From the NCBI GenBank assembly GCA_039738615.1, contig JBCLLP010000001.1, forward strand, positions 3,573 through 67,572: a DNA stretch of 64,000 nt, written 5' to 3'. This stretch comes from Candidatus Saccharimonadia bacterium (lineage in GTDB: Bacteria; Patescibacteriota; Saccharimonadia; CAILAD01; BJGX01). The notes under the pieces were generated by a model. The model was not told the DNA's origin. It made no database searches and worked only from the letters and a program-made list of their open reading frames with translations. The translations under genes and the position numbers were made by a program. Position 1 is the stretch's first letter, and the number at the start of each line of letters is the position of its first letter. This document shows positions 59,714-64,000 of this stretch, piece after piece.

Positions 59714-60592
59714 CTATTGTATCAGACCTGCATTAAGATATTTGGCAGTAATTTCCTCTGCCTTAAAAGAATTAGTAGCCCAATGAATAGCATTATTACG
59801 CTTAAACCAAGTGATTTGCTTTTTAGCTAGGTTGATAGTGGCACTATTAATAGCCCTTTCAAGCTCACTACCAGCTATTATTCCATCTAAATACTCGCCT
59901 ACCTGTTTGTAGCCTGTGCTCTCAAGCCCAACACAATCACTACCAAATCGTATGCGAATATTTACTACTTCCTGAACAAATCCATTGTTCAATAATTGCT
60001 TGGTTCTTTGCTCAATATTATGCTTTATTATAGGTGTTAATGGCTTTATTCCTGCTATCATACATGGTATCTTTACCGACTCACGATCACTATTACTGGC
60101 TGGACCAAAACGTAGTAATTGCTCTATTTTGCGATGATTAGAGCCATCTATCTTGGCTAGCTCTTGGGGGTATAATTCTTGAGCATATGAGAGTTTTTGT
60201 TCTAGTGCCATTGTGGTAGTGTCAATAATGCGCATAGGGCTTCGAAATTGATAGTCAAAGAGCACAGAATCAATATACAAGCCGCTTCCCCCCACTAGTA
60301 TTGGTAGCTTGCCCCTGGCCTGTACCTGAGAAATGATTTTAGTGCATAATGTTTTAAATTCCACAACACTGAAGGTCTGATTAGGGTCCTTTATGTCTAT
60401 TAAATGGTGCCTAATACTTTTTTGTTCATCTGGGCTGGGCTTGGCTGTACCTATGTCCATACACCTGTAAATAGTTCTAGAATCGGCACAGATTATCTCT
60501 CCATTATACTTGCGGGCTATTTTTAGAGCCATTCCACTCTTGCCTGACGCGGTAGGCCCTACTATGACTATTAGCTTATTATTGATAGTCAT
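59714..60592 (-). CDS. miaA: tRNA dimethylallyltransferase
   Basis: GPTASGKS, DSRTIY..MDIGTAKP, VGGSGLY and AKKQITWF. Confidence 0.95.
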   Translation of the reverse strand: MTINNKLIVIVGPTASGKSGMALKIARKYNGEIICADSRTIYRCMDIGTAKPSPDEQKSIRHHLIDIKDPNQTFSVVEFKTLCTKIISQVQARGKLPILVGGSGLYIDSVLFDYQFRSPMRIIDTTTMALEQKLSYAQELYPQELAKIDGSNHRKIEQLLRFGPASNSDRESVKIPCMIAGIKPLTPIIKHNIEQRTKQLLNNGFVQEVVNIRIRFGSDCVGLESTGYKQVGEYLDGIIAGSELERAINSATINLAKKQITWFKRNNAIHWATNSFKAEEITAKYLNAGLIQ

Positions 60593-60607
60593 TAGTGTTA
60601 TTACTAT

Positions 60608-62428
60608 CTAGCTAACTGAGCGCGTTTTAATCATTTTAGTTAGTGTTTTAGTGATTTCATCAATAGTTTGTGAGCCTAAATCTCCCTTACCATATCTTCG
60701 CACAGCGACGGAGTTAGCCTCTTGCTCTTTTTGCCCAACAATTAGTGTATATGGCACCTTCATAAGCTCTGACTTACGAATTCGCTTACCAAGTGATTCT
60801 GATGCGTCATCTAGCTGCACCCTAATACCTTTAACTTTAAGCTGATCCTTGAGCTTACTGCCGTACTCATTATACTTATCTGATACCGGAATAATCCGAA
60901 CTTGCTCTGGTGCTAGCCATAATGGGAAGGCGCCAGCAAAATGCTCAATAAGAATCATAATAAACCTCTCAAATGATCCAAAAACCGCTCGGTGAATCAT
61001 TACGGGGTTCTTTTCGCTTCCTTGCGAGTCGGTATAGACCAGCCCAAATCTCTTTGGGGTAGCAAAGTCAAGCTGCACGGTGGCAAGCTGTGTCTCACGC
61101 CCCAGAGCGTCCTTGAACATAAAATCAAGCTTAGGGCCATAGAGCGCAGCTTCGCCTAGCATATTCTTAGCATCTAGCTGCTTTTCGGTAGCCATTTGTG
61201 TAAGCATCTGCTCGGATTGAATCCAATCCTTGTCATCACCTATATATTTCTCTGGTTTGCTGGGATCTCGCAGAGATAAAGACACCCAATGGTTGCCCCA
61301 CAAACCTAGTGACTGATAAAAGCCCGTAATAATATCTACTACCATCTCGGCTTCAGCCTTAATTTGTTCAATCGTACAGAAGGTATGTCCGTCATCTACA
61401 GTAAATCCTCTGGCGCGTTGTAGCCCACTAATTTCGCCGGGTTTCTCATCGCGGTATTGCATTGTCTGCTCCACATACCTTATGGGTAAGTCTCGATAGC
61501 TTCGTGGCCTAGAAGCATAAATCTGAGTGTGATGGGGGCAATTAACAGGCTTTAGCACAAAGTCTTGGTTATAATGACTCTTAATATGGAATAGCTCATC
61601 TGCAAACTTCTCGGCGTGCCCAGATTTTTGGTACAGCTCTAGCTTGGCAACGTGCGGAACAGACACCTGCTGCATATCGTACTTTGAGCTTATATCCTTT
61701 AGGACGGCTTTGAGTTCTTCAATAAGTATCGTGCCTCTTGGTGTATACAATGGAAAGCCAGCACCAACCAAATCCGAGAAGGTAAACAGATCTAGCTCCT
61801 TACCGAGCTTGCGGTGATCCCGTTTTTTAGCCTCCACCAGCAGCTCTTGATACTCGTCTAGCTGGGCCTTATTCTTAAAGGCTACGCCATAAATGCGCTG
61901 TAACTGTAGATTATTTTCATTACCTCTCCAATAAGCACCGCCTACCTTGGTCAGCATAAACGCCTCTAGGTCAATTTCTGAAGTATTAGCAATGTGTGGA
62001 CCTCGACAGAGGTCTATAAAGTCACCCGTCTGGTAAATAGTTACCGATGTAATTTTATCTACATTTTTTAAAACCAAGTTACTATCTCCTGTATCAGATA
62101 CAGCCGTACTGCCCTTGGTCTTTAAGTCATTAAGTAATTCAACCTTAAAATCTTGCTTTTGTTCCTTAAAGTACTTGATCGCTTCATCTATCGGCCACTC
62201 TTTAGATACAAAATCTAGCTTCTGGCCAGCAAGCTTCTTAGTGAGCTTTTGAATTTGCTTCATATCGTCTGTGCTAAGTGGGCTATCTAGCTGGACATCA
62301 TAGTAAAATCCGTTCTCGATAGTTGGCCCCACACCAAACTTAGCCGAGGGGTATAGCTGCTGTATGGCATAGGCCATAACATGCGCCAAACTATGTCTTA
62401 TTTTTTCTAATTGTTCGTTTTGTTCCAT
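60608..62428 (-). CDS. thrS: Threonyl-tRNA synthetase (short form without the N-terminal TGS domain)
   Basis: RHSLAH, DLCRGPH, RDHRKLG, KPVNCPHH, YGPKLD and HRAVFGSFERF. Confidence 0.97.
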   Translation of the reverse strand: MEQNEQLEKIRHSLAHVMAYAIQQLYPSAKFGVGPTIENGFYYDVQLDSPLSTDDMKQIQKLTKKLAGQKLDFVSKEWPIDEAIKYFKEQKQDFKVELLNDLKTKGSTAVSDTGDSNLVLKNVDKITSVTIYQTGDFIDLCRGPHIANTSEIDLEAFMLTKVGGAYWRGNENNLQLQRIYGVAFKNKAQLDEYQELLVEAKKRDHRKLGKELDLFTFSDLVGAGFPLYTPRGTILIEELKAVLKDISSKYDMQQVSVPHVAKLELYQKSGHAEKFADELFHIKSHYNQDFVLKPVNCPHHTQIYASRPRSYRDLPIRYVEQTMQYRDEKPGEISGLQRARGFTVDDGHTFCTIEQIKAEAEMVVDIITGFYQSLGLWGNHWVSLSLRDPSKPEKYIGDDKDWIQSEQMLTQMATEKQLDAKNMLGEAALYGPKLDFMFKDALGRETQLATVQLDFATPKRFGLVYTDSQGSEKNPVMIHRAVFGSFERFIMILIEHFAGAFPLWLAPEQVRIIPVSDKYNEYGSKLKDQLKVKGIRVQLDDASESLGKRIRKSELMKVPYTLIVGQKEQEANSVAVRRYGKGDLGSQTIDEITKTLTKMIKTRSVS

Positions 62429-62439
62429 ATTTATACCTT

Positions 62440-62595
62440 TCTTTTAACAAAAACCCGCCCTATTGCCAAGTCCCGATAACATCGGGAGGTTCCACTTAGC
62501 TTATCCGTGGCGGATCTCTCTTTATGCCCTGTAACGACCAGGCTTCGAGGCTTGCCATGGGTGGTTAAACTATAGCTCAAACGCCTTATTGATAT
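62440..62595 (-). promoter_or_regulatory. T-box riboswitch upstream of thrS
   Basis: Antiterminator gctaag-[TGGAACC]-tcccg/cggga-cttggc (62500-62465); upstream AGAGAG, stem III atccg/cggat and a CGTTA element; promoter TTGAAT-17nt-TATCAT. Confidence 0.7.
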
Positions 62596-62713
62596 CTGTA
62601 ATGATAGTATAAAAACAAACATTATTCAACTATATTTAAAGTTTATTGGGGTATGCCTATAATACTAGGCCCAGGATAGCCACTTTATTGTTTTTTTTAC
62701 AACTAAAGGCACT

Positions 62714-63434
62714 TTATGGGCCCATAAATACAAGTGTGGCAAACCTACCCTCAGGCTCATCAGTAGCCATACTATGACGGTGCGAATAATAGCTTGTGTT
62801 AGTATAGGTATCTAGCTTACTTATGGCTATATTACTCTGTTGTATGCCCAGACTAAGGGCTTGCTTTAGAGCCATCGCTTTTATATCCATACGATACTTA
62901 TTGTCATTATTTAAGCTAAAGTATTGCCCCCAAAAAGTAATATCAACGCCTTGGTTAGTGCCAAATATATAGGAGCTCCTAGATATTGATGGGCCGCTGC
63001 TCATCAACACATCATTGGGCTTGGTGCCATATTGTATGCTCATTTTAACCATTACGGCAGCTAGTATATTATTCTCTACTCCTATTTCTGCCGGCGTGCA
63101 ATAGGGCTATTGCTTTATTGGTAGGATCATAGATTATAACAGGCATACAATCTGCGATATTAAAAAACAACCCACCCCCAGCCCTATTAGTCATAATTCC
63201 ATCAGCTTGGTTGCTAATGTCTGGGTTAAGAATATCGTTGCTAGGTAGGTCCTTATCGCTTGGCTCTACTATAATTATACCATGCACTAGCCTAATACCT
63301 ACTACCTACTCCGAGTTAATACCAGCCTTTTTTATGAAGCTTGTTCTGGAAGCTATAACCTGATCATTAGCTCCCCACTTAAAACTCATATTACCATCCG
63401 GTACCCTAGAGAACGCTATCCTTACACCATCCAT
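62714..63434 (-). pseudogene. pgeF: PgeF/YfiH (laccase-domain) family pseudogene
   Basis: DGNMSF, ADGIMT, ADCMPV, LHAG, GPSI and YYSHR...GRF span three segments; in-frame TAG at 63308-63306 and a frameshift just after HAGR. Confidence 0.85.
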
Positions 63435-63460
63435 ACCAATACTACCTTTCTAATAATTGC

Positions 63461-63537
63461 TGGTGGGTCCTAGGGGACTCGAACCTCTGACCTCTTCCAC
63501 GTCAAGGAAGCGCTCTAGCCAACTGAGCTAAGGACCC
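63461..63537 (-). tRNA. tRNA-Val(GAC)
   Basis: GGGTCCT acceptor stem, anticodon arm CTTCC-TTGACGT-GGAAG, GTTCGAG T-loop and encoded CCA. Confidence 0.96.
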
Positions 63538-63593
63538 ATATCAACTGCTTTATTCTATCTTATAAACAGCCTAGTTTCAATTATACATCGCCG

Positions 63594-64000
63594 TTAGTAG
63601 TAATACTTTGTGTCGGTTGGGTTAATGGTTTCTCTTAATAAATCTCCAGCAAAGCCAACTCTATTGAGATTAACATAATTAGCCCCAAAGCTACGCAGGG
63701 GCATAATAGTATTGTTGCCATACCGACCATTTATGGCGTCGATAGCCACTGAAAGTGCCATATATTTGTCCATATTGCCATCTAAACCCAATGATAATTG
63801 ATTGGCCCTAGACAAATTAAAAAGTGTTATGCTGACCCTACGCACTGGTGATGGGAGCTTTATGAGTTTTTTTAACAACAATTGTGATAATGCGACTATT
63901 TCGTAGTCAGAGCTGTAAAATGTAACATTTTTATAGATATTACCCCACCATTGGCCATTATCAAAACATATATATAGCGCTATACCCCTTGCTGACAATG
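63594..64000 (-). CDS. C-terminal part of a Y-family DNA polymerase (DinB/UmuC-like), cut off by the window end
   Basis: Little-finger-like PVRRVSITLFNL, clamp-binding-like QLSL and L..AIDAINGRYG..I. Confidence 0.75.
   Translation of the reverse strand, partial: LSARGIALYICFDNGQWWGNIYKNVTFYSSDYEIVALSQLLLKKLIKLPSPVRRVSITLFNLSRANQLSLGLDGNMDKYMALSVAIDAINGRYGNNTIMPLRSFGANYVNLNRVGFAGDLLRETINPTDTKYYY

Noticed and set aside
1530-62622. Many short ORFs in the six-frame track (e.g. 3104-3427, 8476-9018, 30858-31151, 45666-45887, 50450-50710, 53322-53573, 62431-62622)
   Set aside because: They are antisense or alternative-frame shadows of well-supported genes or RNA elements and have no recognisable motifs.
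63306-63308. Stop-codon reassignment explaining the TAG in pgeF
   Set aside because: TAG ends many intact genes here (e.g. gyrA, argS, thrS), TGA is also used as a stop, and the gene has a separate frameshift.

Overview
Core-chromosome segment of a low-GC bacterium using genetic code 11, very probably a Patescibacteria/CPR lineage. The evidence is CPR-typical families: a solo coupling-protein-like ATPase, a membrane-anchored Clp ATPase with a small partner, a PaaX/Cas2-like regulator, a wHTH-nucleotidyltransferase-like protein, DUF4012 and DUF4446. The window starts inside a minus-strand 16S rRNA gene. It carries gyrAB, pheST, trpS, argS, thrS, smpB, tmRNA, RNase P RNA, a likely 6S RNA, tRNA-Pro(GGG), tRNA-Val(GAC), infC-rpmI-rplT, rpmB, murT-gatD, miaA, glycosyltransferases, a pgeF pseudogene and a partial Y-family polymerase. 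No CRISPR array, integrase or transposase was seen. Best leads: (1) an unannotated ~480-nt, highly structured minus-strand transcript between trpS and the pheST operon, with its own sigma70 promoter and terminator; (2) a degenerate NlpC/P60 domain inserted inside PheT; (3) a 21-aa-repeat LRR-like gene flanked by 57-bp direct repeats that duplicate the 3' end and terminator of the neighbouring gene; (4) two more candidate sRNAs; (5) twin same-ended insertions in RNase P RNA; (6) a compact T-box before thrS; (7) widespread leaderless gene starts. All calls come from reading motifs by eye; no searches or folding programs were run.
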